Assembly (NCBI GenBank): GCA_051294905.1
Contig: CM119386.1
Coordinates: 11,222,001-11,286,000 of the forward strand
Length of the DNA: 64,000 bases
Source of the DNA: Botryllus schlosseri
Taxonomy: Eukaryota
Reading direction: 5' to 3'
Part shown: positions 20,641-47,500 of the stretch, piece after piece
Position numbering within the stretch: the stretch's first letter is position 1
Layout of the letters: the number at the start of each line of letters is the position of its first letter
Notes under the pieces: generated by a model
Databases searched by the model: none
Told to the model about the DNA's origin: nothing
Seen by the model: only the letters and a program-made list of their open reading frames with translations
Translations under genes and position numbers: made by a program

Positions 20641-21297
20641 CCCTATCTGGTACCGAATACCGTACCACCATTATTGCCGTCTGTTTGTTTGTATTTCAGT
20701 TGGATGAAGAAATAAAGACTCCGTCTGTCTCTCTGACCAAACCCGGCCTCTTATGGTGCGCAGATATCAGCTCCACGGATCCTTTGGGCCAGGGATCCTC
20801 CGAGAACGCCTAATTGTCCCCCTATTAGGCAATCCGTCCTCCTTTACAGCTTTTACAGACAACATATAATGGATAGATAAAAAAGGAAAGGACGTAGTTT
20901 ATTTTTGTCCTCGATGCTTTTGCGGCATATACACCGACTCATGATACACATACACACGATCTGCGCATATGCATATCGGTAATCGGTGTGGATAAAAATG
21001 GTCAACTGTATCTTGCATATGTTTGAATTGTTCGCGAAACGCTGGTATGACCCGTGTGAGCGACCAATAATTCAATGATCGTGCGATTTACTGAGCCTCC
21101 ATTGTTCTCTCACAAATAAATTGACCGCAAACGAAATGATCGAAGCTTACAGTTTACTTTGTCGTAAACTAGATTATATAGTAAAGTAATTTGATAGAAA
21201 AATGTTCGTTTATCGGTTCAGAATCAATGACCACTCAATCTGTATTTCAGACAGGCAGCAAAATGCAATGGCGTAATCATACCTCGTACTTCGAAAA

Positions 21298-21527
21298 AGC
21301 AACTTGACTTGAATTGTGACTTGACTCGTGACTTGACTTGACTTGACTTGACTTGACTTGACTTGACTTGACTTGACTCGACTTGACTCGAGTCACCTCC
21401 AAAAATCGAGTGACTTGACTTGACTCGAGTCACCTTCGAAAATCGATTGACTTGACTTGAGTCGAGTCAAAATGAGAAATGACTCGAAATGACTCGTGAC
21501 TCGAAGGTAATGACTTACCCAACACTA
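21298..21527. mobile_element. MITE end with a (GACTT)n microsatellite and GACTCGAGTC repeats
   Basis: GACTT tandem run at about 21330-21385; ends TTACCCAACACTA. Motifs are shared with the CAGGGTTGTAA family. Confidence 0.6.
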
Positions 21528-22929
21528 GGCCCATTTACATGACAGTTTAAGTCAGCTTCGAAGCTGACTCGTCGATCTGACTCTCTCGTATTTGATGAAG
21601 AGAGAAAGGCAAACTGCTTCAAGTCGACTCGAGCCTCAAGCCGTCGAGTAATGTGGTTTACGATCGGCTTGAGTATTCGGCCATCGGCGTCCGACGATTT
21701 TCCTTCGACGGCGCCGGTTTTTGTCGCGCGGGCTCTTGGCATCGTAATTCATGTTTTTCATCTGTTGTTGAGAAATTGGGCAAACATGGCAAGGAAAGGT
21801 GGGGTTACTTTGTAAGTGCTCGCTTGTTTACGACGGAATGCATGTAATACACCAGTACCGGTGTAGCAACCGTGCTTTGTATTTCTACTTCTTCGACTAC
21901 AGATCGGAAGATATGTGGATTATTGTACCGGTATATACAATTCGACTACGACATGCATAGCCTATGCATAGTAAACCGATTGAAGAAACGGCTGTGCAGT
22001 GTGCTACATCGATACGGGAATACATGAACGATTGCTGCATTTCGTACATACTGTTCCACTGGCTAAACTGATGTGAGCGCGCGTGTGATGGGATGGAGCT
22101 GGTGTCTCTCCCGGGAGGATGATATGGAGATTTGTGACTCTCCTGGTGATGATGAAGCGCAGCGGTGTTGGGATTATTGCTTTGTTTTTAGTTCTGGGTT
22201 ATAGTGATCTGCTGACAGTTTTTATAGACATTCTTGGTATTGTTTACTTCCTATTTGGTATCTCATGCCGACAAGATGCTTCAATAAAGTCTTTGCAGTA
22301 GTTGCTGTATCGTGATTCTTGATCGAGTCACCCGCATACATGGGGTAGTCTGTTACAGAGGAGAGGCCACATATGGGTTTTGCAAGTGGGTCACTTGAGT
22401 GGTAATGACCTTATATTAATCGCATCGACAAGTGATGCCGGAAATATCAATACAGTCGTTTCTCCTGCCTACTCCACGGCCCATCTTCGTTGACGCCGAA
22501 AAAGCTAGCTGATTACTTATTACTTATAGGCTACTTATTGTTTTCCTTTACAATCATGACATGAACAAGAGTATTTTCCTCTACAAATATCGATATTAAG
22601 AGTATCTCATCATCCTCGTTAATTTCGAGGATAAGAAACGTTTCAGAGTACGACCAAACACACATTGTCGTTGTACCTTAGCCCACTAGACACTACGAAA
22701 ATATTTGTAAGGGGTAAAGCGACACCCGGTCGTCCACGATACCGCTTCCTGAAGGATCATGTAAACAGGGCCCTTTTACGAGTCAGCTCGGAGATGAGGC
22801 GTGACGTCACCGGAGACGACTTGAACGCCAAGTCGAGTCGAACATGTAACCAGGCCTATTGATTATAACAGGAACGATAAAATGACCTCAAGATAGCCAA
22901 GTCGCACATCTCAACATGTTAGATGATTA

Positions 22930-23712
22930 GTTCAAGTTCCTTCATAAAATTTCATGACTTCCAATTTCCAAACATCACAAGACTGCAATACCATGAATGA
23001 TAGGAATATGCCGAAACGACTAGGAGTAGTCTTAAGATCAGACACCCACCTGGGCCTAGGGCCTAGAGGCGATGTAAAGAGGAGGCATGCATGCACACTG
23101 CACAGCACAGTGCACCCTGAATGAAAGTAAAAGAAGATAATATAAAGTGGCAAGCGATAAAATCAGGGGTTCTATACTATTATCGAGAATTTCAATACCG
23201 AGAACGGACATTATCGAGAATGGGCATTACCGAGAATTGCCAATGTCAAGAATATAGCTTACTGGGACTGACGTTGCCAAGAAATTTATACCTGAGCATC
23301 GATACCGAATGTGGCAACGCCGTGATGCGCACACACGACCTGTTCATATGCATAACATGCCTGTATTGCATATAGAACCATAGCCTTTATAAAGGCTATG
23401 ATAGAACACTGCATTCTCGGTAATCGTCCATTCTCGGTGATGTCCATTCTCGATAATGTCCATTCTCGGTAATGGCATTCTCGGTTATGGTTTTCTCGGT
23501 ATTGACCTGACACCAAAATATGGTGGCAAGTGACGGAAGGCGAGATCGATATGTCAGGTCGTGGTCCGGTAAATGGTGAGGGCCGACTAGTATTCATTCA
23601 TCAGAAATTGCTCGTATTTCGACTTGAATGTGGACATGCTCGACGACTGTGGGATAGCCGGCGAGATACTGGTCCACACTTCAGGCCCGGCATATTTGAT
23701 AGAGCGATAATC
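22930..23712 (-). mobile_element. CR1/L2-group LINE 3' fragment, interrupted by a MITE
   Basis: The reverse complement aligns by eye with about 38595-38975 (end of ORF2 plus 3' UTR). Confidence 0.8.
23168..23514. mobile_element. MULE-like MITE inserted in the LINE 3' UTR
   Basis: GG...CC ends; inverted tandem CGAGAAT / ATTCTCG subrepeats; possible 9-bp TSD AAAATCAGG / AAAATATGG (7/9). Confidence 0.6.
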
Positions 23713-24744
23713 TTTGCGAAACCTACAAAACGTACATCTTCTATCCCGTTAATATAAGTCTACCTACGCATATCTCGCATAAACCTTGGGATGCAAGCAA
23801 CTACTAGAGTACGCTGCGTCGCCGCATGCACGCAATCATTCTCTTCCCCTGGCTGGGATACGTCCTTCTTCGACTTTCATACGCAACAACATAGCGGACT
23901 TGCACCAGCAGTTATAACGTCGCTATCGCGTCACAGTATACAGCTTATGAAAATATATCCGAATTTATTCATGTAACACAAGGACAAAGTAGAACTTGAA
24001 GCTGGCGCACGCCGATTTCACGATACTTTGCCTTGCCGAATGAGGTTTATACTAGCCTACTTTTACCACTGTCGATTGCAAGCGACTGCCCCTAGTCTTG
24101 GTTTTCATGCCAACCAGTCGCAATCAACCTACATGGAGGTAGCCTGTATCGACATCAAAATAATCACAAGTAAAAGTACTCTTCTTCTCGTATTATTCAA
24201 AGTCAAACATTACACAAGCGCTAAATATAATACTGGACACAGTGGACGCTGACGTAAAACCACACAAAATTAGTGAAATCACAAGCAAACAGAGCATCGC
24301 ATTGACAACGTTGGAGCCGCACAAATGCAAGGAAAGCATTCTAGTTTTGAGTGCGGTTGTAAAATACGGATTGGGACAGCTGTTGTAATACTCTCCAAAA
24401 CACATAGATTAACGAAATTACATGTGTATCTGTCTGCACACTTGTAAATGACAGTTCTGGGACAGTCGTTGGAGGTAACACTTTTTACACACAATCACAA
24501 AAAGTTGCTGTGCTGTTATGACACTACTTTCACGACCAAACATCATGTTTGACGTAATTTCACAGTTGGTGTGGTACGGCGGCTCAATATGCCCACTGCC
24601 CACTTTACATCGATACGAAGACATCGTATTACTCGGACATCAACTTCTTTTCTTGGAATTCCAGAACATTCTGTTTCGAGGAACAGACGCACAGACAAAC
24701 ATACGTCTGCCTTTACGAATCCGAGGACACCGAATGCTCAAAAT

Positions 24745-37727
<12,983 letters not shown>

Positions 37728-38269
37728 GATTTATTCATGTATGATCAAACTTTGAACTCCTCGACATGGACAGGTGGCACGTAATGCAACAGCTGGTCAG
37801 CGAAACGAACTATAATAAAAGTACTTTAGGACAAGTCGACAAGAAGCGAAGAAGAGGTAAGCTTTGGTTACAGGAATGGTTAAAATAAGCTGTTATTCAA
37901 CGTTACGGTTCACTGCTCTGCGTAAGATGATGAGTGAGAATCGATTATTTAGAATCGAGCAGTTATCCACAGTCGTTTAGTTTACAGCACTGTAAACTGA
38001 CGTAAACGACTATGTTTTATCATTTTGCAATTTAAAAAACTTGTCAAGATTGCATTATTATGGCAAACGAAAAGGAGTCGAAGCGATTCGGCTACTACCA
38101 CGGCACCTGCGGTCATGACGAAAGTAAAAAAATAACGAATGATTAAATTCAGTAATAATGACCTAAAACGGACAAGCAATTGAAAGGAAATGAAAACGAG
38201 CTACAGAGGAATTCGATACACCAGCGTTCAGCACAACATGGCCAACACCTGCTAATATTGGACTCGATG

Positions 38270-38989
38270 GTTGTTGGAATTCTTTGTTGGGGTGCTGCCT
38301 GCAAGAATACAATTGACCCACTGCAAAAACTTCAACATCGGATCATCCGTATCATTGCCAAAGCCCCACGGGGGCCTGGATGTGCAACTGATAAATCGCT
38401 TCTCAAAAGATTTGGTGTTCTAAACTTAGAAGATATGAGGAAGCTAGAAATTGCCAAGTTTATGTATCAGTTCCATTGCGGTCAATGTCCCTCAAATTTC
38501 AAGGACTACTTCACCTCGGAGACAAAAGCGCACAAGTACAGCACACGCGCGTCAACGAAGAACAACTACCATATGATCAGGACTGAATACAAGAAAACGC
38601 ATTGCTCTATCAAGTATGCCGGACCTCAATTGTGGAACAGCATCTCGCCGGCTATCCGACAGTCGTCGAGCATGTCCGCATTCAAGTCGAAATACAAGCA
38701 ATTTCTTCTAAATCAATACTAGCCAGTCTTCAGGTTTACCGGACCACGACCTAACATCGACCTCGCCCTCCGCCACATGCCACCCCATTTTGTCGCTTGC
38801 GTCTTATATTCTCTGCATTACTTTTCATTCAGTGTGCATGCCTCTTATTTACTTCGCCTAGGCTAAGGTGGGTGTCTGATCTTAATGGCTACTCCAAGTT
38901 GTTTCGACACCTTCCTATCTTTTCATTGTATCGCAATCTTGTGATGTTTTGAAACGATGAAAATATTAATAAACCTGACTGACTGACTG
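38270..38989 (+). mobile_element. 5'-truncated CR1/L2-group LINE (ORF2 C-terminus, 3' UTR and tail)
   Basis: GILCWGAA...LQKLQHRIIRII...HKYSTR...SIKYAGPQLWNSI...FKSKYK is a typical LINE ORF2 C-terminus (stop at 38722). AATAAA followed by a (GACT)n tail at about 38976-38989. Confidence 0.85.
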
Positions 38990-39061
38990 TATTGTGTCTT
39001 GTGCATACGTAGGCCTACTTACAGCTCTTACTATTACCTGGTAGCTCCCAAGCTTTTAGAG

Positions 39062-39788
39062 CAGGGCTGGCCAACCTTTTCAACCAAAGGGCCACATTCG
39101 ATTGACGAACTTTTGTGCGGGCCACTATCCGCGCCAAGCGCGAAAATTTTTTGAAGTTCATAGGTCAATAATATTGTCATTTGGCTATATTGCGGGCCTG
39201 CTGTATATCGCTGGGCTATGTTTGCGAGGACTTGGCTATTCGGCGCATGGACATATCGATATCGAAAGCTGCGACCAACATACGTCAATCATTTCGTGCC
39301 TATAGGTTTCATAGTCGATGGTCTTACTGCGAGCGCAAACGCAAGGTCGCATATGTTGAACGACACTCTGTCTCGTAATCGCAAATATAGCTAGACTCAA
39401 TCTGATACATTAGGTGTTCTTCCATTTTCACAAAAGGGCAACAATATTAAAAACAAAGAAATCGAGTGACAACATTTTGCGCTAAGCTTGTAGAAAATTT
39501 TTACCTTTGATAAATCTATCGCAAATTATTCTGCTTTATTGTAGTGTACGAAGATATACCAATATGTGAATGGCTGATGGATCTGTCAATGCGTCGGAAC
39601 TGATATTTTAGTCATCACATCTCAAGTGTTGCGGCCAGACTAATCAGAATTTTGGTTGGCCTTGCAAGTTCGCAATCTGTGCAATCCATTTTTGATGATA
39701 TTAGAAATGTCGGAAACTATCTCGCGGGCCACTCAAAACCTTCTCGCGGGCCACATGTGGCCCGCGGGACACGGGTTGGCCGGCCCTG
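39062..39788. mobile_element. hAT MITE
   Basis: TIR CAGGGCTGGCCAACC / GGTTGGCCGGCCCTG; perfect TSD TTTTAGAG; GCGGGCC subrepeats. Confidence 0.88.
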
Positions 39789-40641
39789 TTTTAGAGCATA
39801 CTTTCACCATAGCTTATGGAGCTTCCATGCCTGCTGCGCTGTAAATTCAGGACCGAAACAGCACCCTTTTCGAAAGGTTCTGTGTGAACGCGAACGTGAA
39901 CCTCCGTCACATGGCATCATATGTGCAAATCCCAACCCAACCCTATATTTCAGTGAAGTGATATAGCCTATAATAATGTACACGATACCTATAGTGACAT
40001 AATGACACTATGCTGAAGTATATATTGACGTTTTAAACGTCACCAAATGTACCAACTGGGGAAATAGGCTATATATATATATAGCAACCAGGGATATCTA
40101 GACTAGATAGGCCTATCCCTGATAGCAACCCCATAAAATCAATATCTTTCGTCGCTTTCCCATCAATTTCGACGAGGATTTGCAAGGGAATATAAGCTGA
40201 CGCCTTAACGGTCTTGGCTAGACCGGACAATATGTATTCGGCGTCTGAGTATTCCTACGTTGATATTGAGCAGAGTTAAAACGGGTTGCTATACTTGCTA
40301 CCGATATTAGCCAGCCCATCAACGAGTTATACAGCAGTAGCTAACCCCCCAATCGCACGGATTTGGTTTTTATGATACAATAAACATATGAAATCAAGAT
40401 TGACCCCGTGCACCTGCTAGATTTGTTACATCAGACTACGATATCAATTTCATTGATTGGTTGAATATAATGAACAAGCATCATTCGCTTTTGATGTTGT
40501 GCGAAGTGTGATTGCGGGTCAAGCTCACAACAGTAGAGAGTCACTAAATATTCACAAACGGGACGCTGGATATTTCGAGCAAACTTTTGTTACAGAGCAA
40601 GTAAAATTTTTGAGATTGTCAATGTGCATGCTCGTTTAATT

Positions 40642-41944
40642 TAGGGTTGCCATACGTCCGGAATTTCCCGGACATGTCCGGAATTTCACTGAAAAATCTG
40701 CGTCCGGGAGGAATTTCTAAAATATGCCTAAATGTCCGGAATTTTGAAGGTTTGAAGTAGGCTAAAAAGTTTTTCGTAAATCAACAGAAACAATATTATG
40801 TTCAAGCAGAATTATGCTATTCGAAATTTTTCTTCGCGCTGCGTACATTGATATTAGTATGGGCGCCAGGCCAATGTTCCCTCTAAGCTACGCACGTGCG
40901 CAAACGCGCAGCGCTGACATGGTCTCTGCGCACAGAAAATCTAAGTTGCGCATAAAAAATCCGAATCGATGACCTTTTTTTAAGTCGTTACGCAGTATTG
41001 TCCAAGGGTCTGCGCAGTGAGTTGGTGAGTGTGCGCAGACACGTAAAAAATTGAAGGGAATATTGCCCCAGGCACCACCCTCGCCAAAAATGCAATCAAA
41101 ATAAATATAAATAACTATCATTCACTGAAATAAGTCCAATTATATAAGCTAACGGTATATATTCCTGGAGTTGGTTAAGGCCGACTGGACGCTTCAGTCA
41201 CAGACAGTGGTTCCAAATCTTGGGATCGTTTGCCTTTATCTGGGAGTCGTGATGATGTTGGACGTAATAAGCTTCCTAGGCCGTGAGTAAGTTTGGGCAA
41301 ACTGCAATTTTTTAGTAATTAGCTCATTCAAGTTTTGAGCTGGGCCACGACACATTTTCAAGATGGAAATGAGGTCGCGACCATAAAAGGTTGGAAATCA
41401 CCGGATGTGTAACCAGTAACCTGCTTGTGCATTTTATAGTAGCCTTATGTATGGAAGAATCAATATTATTGACAGAATTCATTCATAAAGTTTAACAGCC
41501 AAATGCATATAGTAAGTGCCCAGAAAGTTACATCGATTACCCTATGGTGGGCCCAAGATCAGTGCTTTTTTGGGCGGAAGGGGGCAGAGAAAATGTTGTT
41601 TCGGACCTGATTAAAAGACACAATCAGATAGCCGAACCGACCAATCAGTATAGCAGGGCTGTCAAACACAATCCCGACAGGCCAGACACGGCCCGCCAGA
41701 CTATTTCATCCGGCCCGTGGATAAATCTATTGCGGACCCCAGCAAGTAGCAATCACCATAGCTCACATTACAGAGGGCCCAATTCATGACCTATGCTCCT
41801 CTCCATTTCTGTATACTGTCGATAGGCAATGCTCTGCTAGTGTGACGTCATATTAATAGACAATGTGTTATACCTCATTTTTAAATCCGCTAGTGGGCGC
41901 TAGAAAGTGTCCGGAATTTGCTTCACAAAAATATGGTAACCCTA
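40642..41944. mobile_element. TAGGG-type hAT MITE nested in the previous element
   Basis: TIR TAGGGTTGCCATA / TATGGTAACCCTA; TSD GTTTAATT / GTTTAATG (7/8); the empty site is visible at about 60615-60630. Confidence 0.85.
40872..41065. mobile_element. Small hAT MITE, third nesting level
   Basis: TIR CAATGTTCCCT / AGGGAATATTG; TSD CGCCAGGC / CCCCAGGC (7/8); TGCGCA repeats. Confidence 0.8.
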
Positions 41945-44560
41945 GTTTAATGTTTATTTTTTATCCCATAACTGCCATGCATAGAATGGCCCGCAGTTGA
42001 AATGCAATAAATATCAACCACAGATATTGTAATGAAGTGAAAATTGTAATATATGAAAAAGGTTCACAGTGCAGAACCTACCAAGGTTCGTTTGTGAACG
42101 TGAATCTCTAAATTTAGGAGGTTCACACACAGAACGCGAACGTGAACTTCACGTTCACACCATCCCCAGTGCAACTGCAACTACAACAAGTGCAACTAGA
42201 CGGCCACAAGTGAAATTGCACGACGAATGCATCAAGCATACGAAAATATACGTGATTGGTGATTGCAAACGCAAAGCGCGTATTCAAAGCAATAATTCGT
42301 CTTTTACGTCGAACACAAAGAAGTTCCAAGTATGGCTTGTTGCGTGGCAATTGATTTCTGATTATAATCGGGCTGGATTGCATTCTCCCAGCAATGCTCG
42401 TAAAGCCTTTGCAAAAAGGAATGAGTTCCAATTTTAAGGCATTATAGACCTACACAAAAACACTGTCCAACTTCGCACTCCAATCATAATGACTATCAAG
42501 AATAAACTGGCTAGTGAATTATTGTGAGTACAGTAGCGTGGCTTACGGCACTTATGGGCGAAAAAAAAATGAATTTACAGGAGAACGCGTATTGTCTGTC
42601 CGTCTAATCGTGAGAAAGTAAGGTACATCATATCATTCGCGAATCGCGACCCACCGGTTGGGAAGCACTGCTATGTAAAATGCGTGCCTGTGTGTCGTGC
42701 AGATAAAAATACTGGCGTCCATGGTTTATCAGCTATAGCAGGGATGTCAAACTCAATTTGGATCCCAGGCTGGATTGAAACCGCTTGCGGGCCGGGCCAG
42801 CCAAATAACAGCAAAATGTTTACTTCCAAATCCACACAGTTCCTATTTAGTGGGATCATTCGCTATCAATCCAGTATACACCTGTCTAGCAACAGCTTGA
42901 TTCGGAGACAATGGAATTGGCAAATATACGCTGATTGGCCTATTGAATATAGTTACAATACACTGAAACAATGGCTCTACCCTTCAAGACACGGCATATT
43001 ATCTGCATGTTTCTATGCTCCCTTTGTTTTAGCCGTGATGCGGCGATGGCGCTGCGTATGCCCTCAGAGATACAGTAGATTTATCTGTAAATGCGGAATC
43101 TTCGAATTAGATTCCTTATCATTAAATTATAAATCGGGTATCCACCATCCATAGAGAAGATTTTGAGTCACGGCATAAAAAAGGTGTCTGTACCGCCGCG
43201 GCCGCACTGTCCCAAAACTCACCACACTAAAGGAAGTGGGAGATTTGAAGAATTTTTCTATCGCTGGTATGCTTTCAAAGAGGACGTACATTTCATGGAT
43301 AGAATAGACCGAATGAGTTTGTAAGACCGTGGCGCTATGAGTCAGGAGTTATGTTGCGTTGCTTGCGACCATATATATTTGTATTGTATTCTTTAAGCAC
43401 TATGTAACTTGCATACAATATTTTGGCGTGGACATTTTCGCCGGTGTGAATATTTTATACCTTTCAGTCCATTTAACCTGAAATCTCAGCGTTGCTAGTG
43501 CACTTTATTACGTTCTAGGAATCTGGTGTTGATGACACAACGTCACCATCGGGTGGTTATAACGTAGCAATACTATGAGAGGTTATTATTTGCGTGGAAC
43601 TATAGTTCTTATATCTGAACTTTAAGCAGAAATGTGTTCGTTATCACAAGAAAATTGTGTTTTCGTTTACTCATCGTTGCTTCGCGGGTCGCATATGTTA
43701 GACATGGGCATTGGACACTTGGCAGTGGACGACTCGACGTGTCGTCGTGTAAACGCCCGTCGGTGCTTTCTCTCATATACGATTGATATACGCCTACGCT
43801 GTGTTGGCAGGTTGATTCAGTCAAATGCGTTGAACTAATTGACTGCGTTGCCTTATCAGAAATTTGCACTACCAATTAGAATAAGGCATCACAAATCTTT
43901 GACTGCCGTTATAATTGAGAAATTGTATGGATATACAGACACATACGCATAGATTAGTTACGCCAAACAATAGACAGAATCTGTACTGTCAATTCGAAGC
44001 CGGTCGCGCGCGACCGCCGAGTGTATAAAAGCTTGAGCGAGACTGATTGAAGAGTTAGTGCCAGACGACCCGAAAGCATTATGGTTGTCAGTTGGTCGTG
44101 AACGCCAATTCTGAGTTAGATGTTCATTTGCACTCTTCAGTCTGTAGAACAAGGTAAAGCAAGAGATTATGCTGACAAGTTGAGAGAGAGGGACAATAGG
44201 CGATTTCTTGACACAAGTGGCGATGGCGCGATTTCGAAATCAAGAAGCATATATGTAGATATGTTATGAGGTTTCTGCGAATATGCTATGATATGGAACT
44301 CATGTTAAATATACAATATTGTTAAATATCAGCTTACCTGATATTTGACGCCTGTCTTGAAATAGAGGTGTGCGAAAACAGCTCTCTGCGATTTTCTAAT
44401 AACCACACGCGATACGAGCGTTATAGTTATAACATCCTGTTCCATGCAATGCTGACTGGAATGATTACGCTCTTACAATTACAATTTCGTAGGTTCTGAA
44501 TAGGCCGTAAGGTACCAGTACTTGTCAACAACTGACGCGAACTATAGCCGCGATAGGAGC

Positions 44561-47500
44561 ATGACTGAAAATGTGTCCTACGATGTCCTCGTCACCTCCG
44601 GTAATACTACTACTACGCCAGTGAACGGCGTCGAGTTGGATCCTCTTATTGAAACATTCAAGATTTTGATCACGTAAGTTCGCAGACTTGTGATATTGCA
44701 ATGAGACGAAGTATAGGACATCGCTTGTCAGTTTGAAAATTCTTACTATGTTACCAATACTATGCGGTTTATTACGTTCGAATTCGTAGACGAGTTTTCA
44801 TAGCCAATTAGCCATCGTAAGCATAAATATGATATCCCATATCAATGACCTCAACCGGGCGTCATGGTATCGGATTTTCCCAATACTTCCTATTCCTATT
44901 CACATGTATCAAATATCACGAATCCACGGCTTGAAATTACCGTTTGTATGAGCCACAAGGAAGGTGTTCATCGTTCAATTACCGAATATGCAATATGTAC
45001 TGTTGTAGGATTCGTCGGCGATCCAGTCAAATTCGAAACCATCACGTCAGTATAGGCGTTGTAAAAAGTGTAACAAAACAACAATGATTCGCAACTGGTA
45101 GAGTCAACTAACATTACTCTGGCTCAATATTTCAGATGCATCCTCGCGATCGTTATGTTCGGCATGGGTAGTGCTGTCGATTTGTTGGATCTAAAGTGCG
45201 TGTTCAAACAGCCAAAGGGACTCATTTTGGGACTTTTATGCCAGATATTTATGATGCCACGTAAGTATGTTTTCATTCGCACTGTGTGTTCGGTCCGAAT
45301 TGGCCATAGAACTGCTAACGAACTCGACGGTGACCGGTGAATAAACCGCCGACACACGGTGTCGATGGGATTTGTTTTGTCCTGTAACCCATTTTGTAGT
45401 TGTCGAACATGCATGGTTGATTAATTCCACATACATCCTGGTGTAAATACTATAAGACGAATCTACTAACAAACCAATCGATAATAAATTTCGTTTCTTC
45501 ACGCTTGATGAATTTCTTCAACTGTAACGTATCCATCCATGGCGTTCGGGCGTAAAGACGTTCACGATTCAGTAGCTATTACCATTGCAATTGGGATCAT
45601 CAGTCACTATCAATATGACGAAAAGTTTTAGACGGGATCCAAGTGTTTACAACTCACTGGGAGACTATTCGATGTTGTGTGATCTAAATGAAAAAGTCCG
45701 ATAAGATATTCAGCAGCTAAGTACAAGAATATTAGCGCGAAATAATCCGGCACGATGTAAAGTCGCACAAGTAGCACCAGTCGTTGGCGGTGATAGTATT
45801 CTATACAGTATCCACACTTTGCGGTATGAATACCGGAACCCGGATGACTATGAGCGCAAGTGACAGTTAGTCAGGTCAATAATGCCGGTTGACACCTGCA
45901 TTGCAAGGCCATCAATAACATAAATGCGCTTTTCCTGAATTTAGGAATAACGCAAGTCATCATTGGGAGGAGGTTCCGTGCGGCGTCACGGTTAAACCTA
46001 AATTTATAAGTTCCTCTTACAAAATTTTGACGTAACAATAGGTGCGTGATATGCCTTTGTTTATTCTCTCCGTTATTTTTTCATGATCAGGTTATTGTAG
46101 TCGACTGTCATCGTACTATTTTTCTAAATAGCGGCGACTAGCATATTCAGACCCCAAATAATGAGACGCACGTTATGCAAACATCGTAACACCCTTTCTC
46201 CTCCACAGTTTCATTACACGTACAGAACCTTGAATTCCGTTTTAGTTGCACACACAGGTTTGCCTTCTTGATCAGTAATTTCGACTCCCGTTTGATAGCA
46301 TATCTAAAACCGTCCACATTGGTTTTAGTAATGCATAAAGTCCACGGACATCAACAAAATAGCTGCAATCATTAACGACATGGTTTGCATGCATGTAAAG
46401 ATTGTAAACGCAACTTGATCGCCCGAAGACCATTCAAGCTCGGGTTTCCATCTGTTCTTGGCTGTCAACAGTCTGCGGATGTTGTGTAAAGCTATTGTGA
46501 TGGAATACGTTGTAAATATCTGATTGTCAGAAATGTGCGGAATATTAAATCCAAATGTATCGCTTCGGTGTATCCTTCTTACGAACTCGTCAACGTGGGC
46601 GAAATTATTGGCAGTTACATTGTGAGAAACTTCGCACCTCTTTGATGTCAATTATGATTTTAAACCGCGATAGGCGTGACAGCACGAATGCTATTGTCCA
46701 GCGGTCACGGGATAGGTGTTTATTTTAATGACATCACCCGTTCGAGATTACATACTGCTGGGTTCGATCTCACATCCAAGATGTCGCCAAGGTTTACCGT
46801 GGGTCGTGCGGAAGATGTATTATATTTTCTGGAAGTCCAACAGCATTACAAATATCTATACACATAATGCTCAATTTGGCAATGATTTGACTTATGGTGA
46901 CCAAAAAGTATGGGTTGAGAATGAACAATGCATACCTGCCCTATATCTAATGTAATTGTATACGAATAAATGTGAACCCGATCGACTACTGAGAATATCA
47001 TGTCTATATCGTGACTATATCTGCCCGATCTTGAAATCAGCTCCACTTTCATGACGGTGTAGCCACAAAACTGGAAGGTATAGCTTTTGGTGATGAAATG
47101 ACACCGAGATTCAATTCCAACACGACGTCTAAAGACATTGATTGACGCATGCCGTAATATAGTCTCCCGAAAGTCACATGTGCTCAGTTATAGACTATAG
47201 AATTCAGATCGCGTTAGCGCTCAACAGGGATCAATATCACGAGGAAGACATACTGCTTAAACCATCATCCTTAACGCCGATAACATTCTGGGTACCTACG
47301 TTGTGACTATGAAATTTTGGAAACCGTACGACAGATTATATTGTCGACTCCCTACCTTCAAAATATAATAATTAGCGAAGCGCTGTAAGCGCAATTTAAT
47401 CCATTTACAAATTTAATCCATTTACATTTACAAATTTAATCCATAAATAAATGTTCCTCCGTATTCAATATTTATTTTTTACCTATTGGCTGGAACTTGG

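Larger units (their letters stand above)
39865..42168. mobile_element. Ac-like hAT MITE (GTGAACGCGAAC family), interrupted copy
   Basis: Collinear with 59856-60844 except for a 1.3-kb insertion at 40642-41944. Left boundary approximate. Confidence 0.8.

Noticed and set aside
17242-20707. Repetitive ORFs (PVDIKLYQLYH, IQLIQLYIHRV, DTADTALYPQG) as proteins, or the arrays as CRISPR
   Set aside because: They are translations of a 33/42-bp minisatellite. The units are contiguous with no unique spacers, there are no cas genes, and the context is eukaryotic.
21651-22300. Possible exons of an extra gene (GTAAGT donor at about 21812 on plus; open frame of about 95 codons on minus at about 22180-21898)
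   Set aside because: No recognisable homology, and no phase-compatible partner exons could be assembled. RNA-seq would be needed.
37730-37960. RFX X-box upstream of the ciliary gene KAP3
   Set aside because: Only a half-site-like GTTGCATTAC was seen, with no full palindromic consensus.
38180-38270. N-terminus of the 180-aa ORF as a host gene
   Set aside because: This is flanking DNA that happens to be in frame with a 5'-truncated LINE ORF2.
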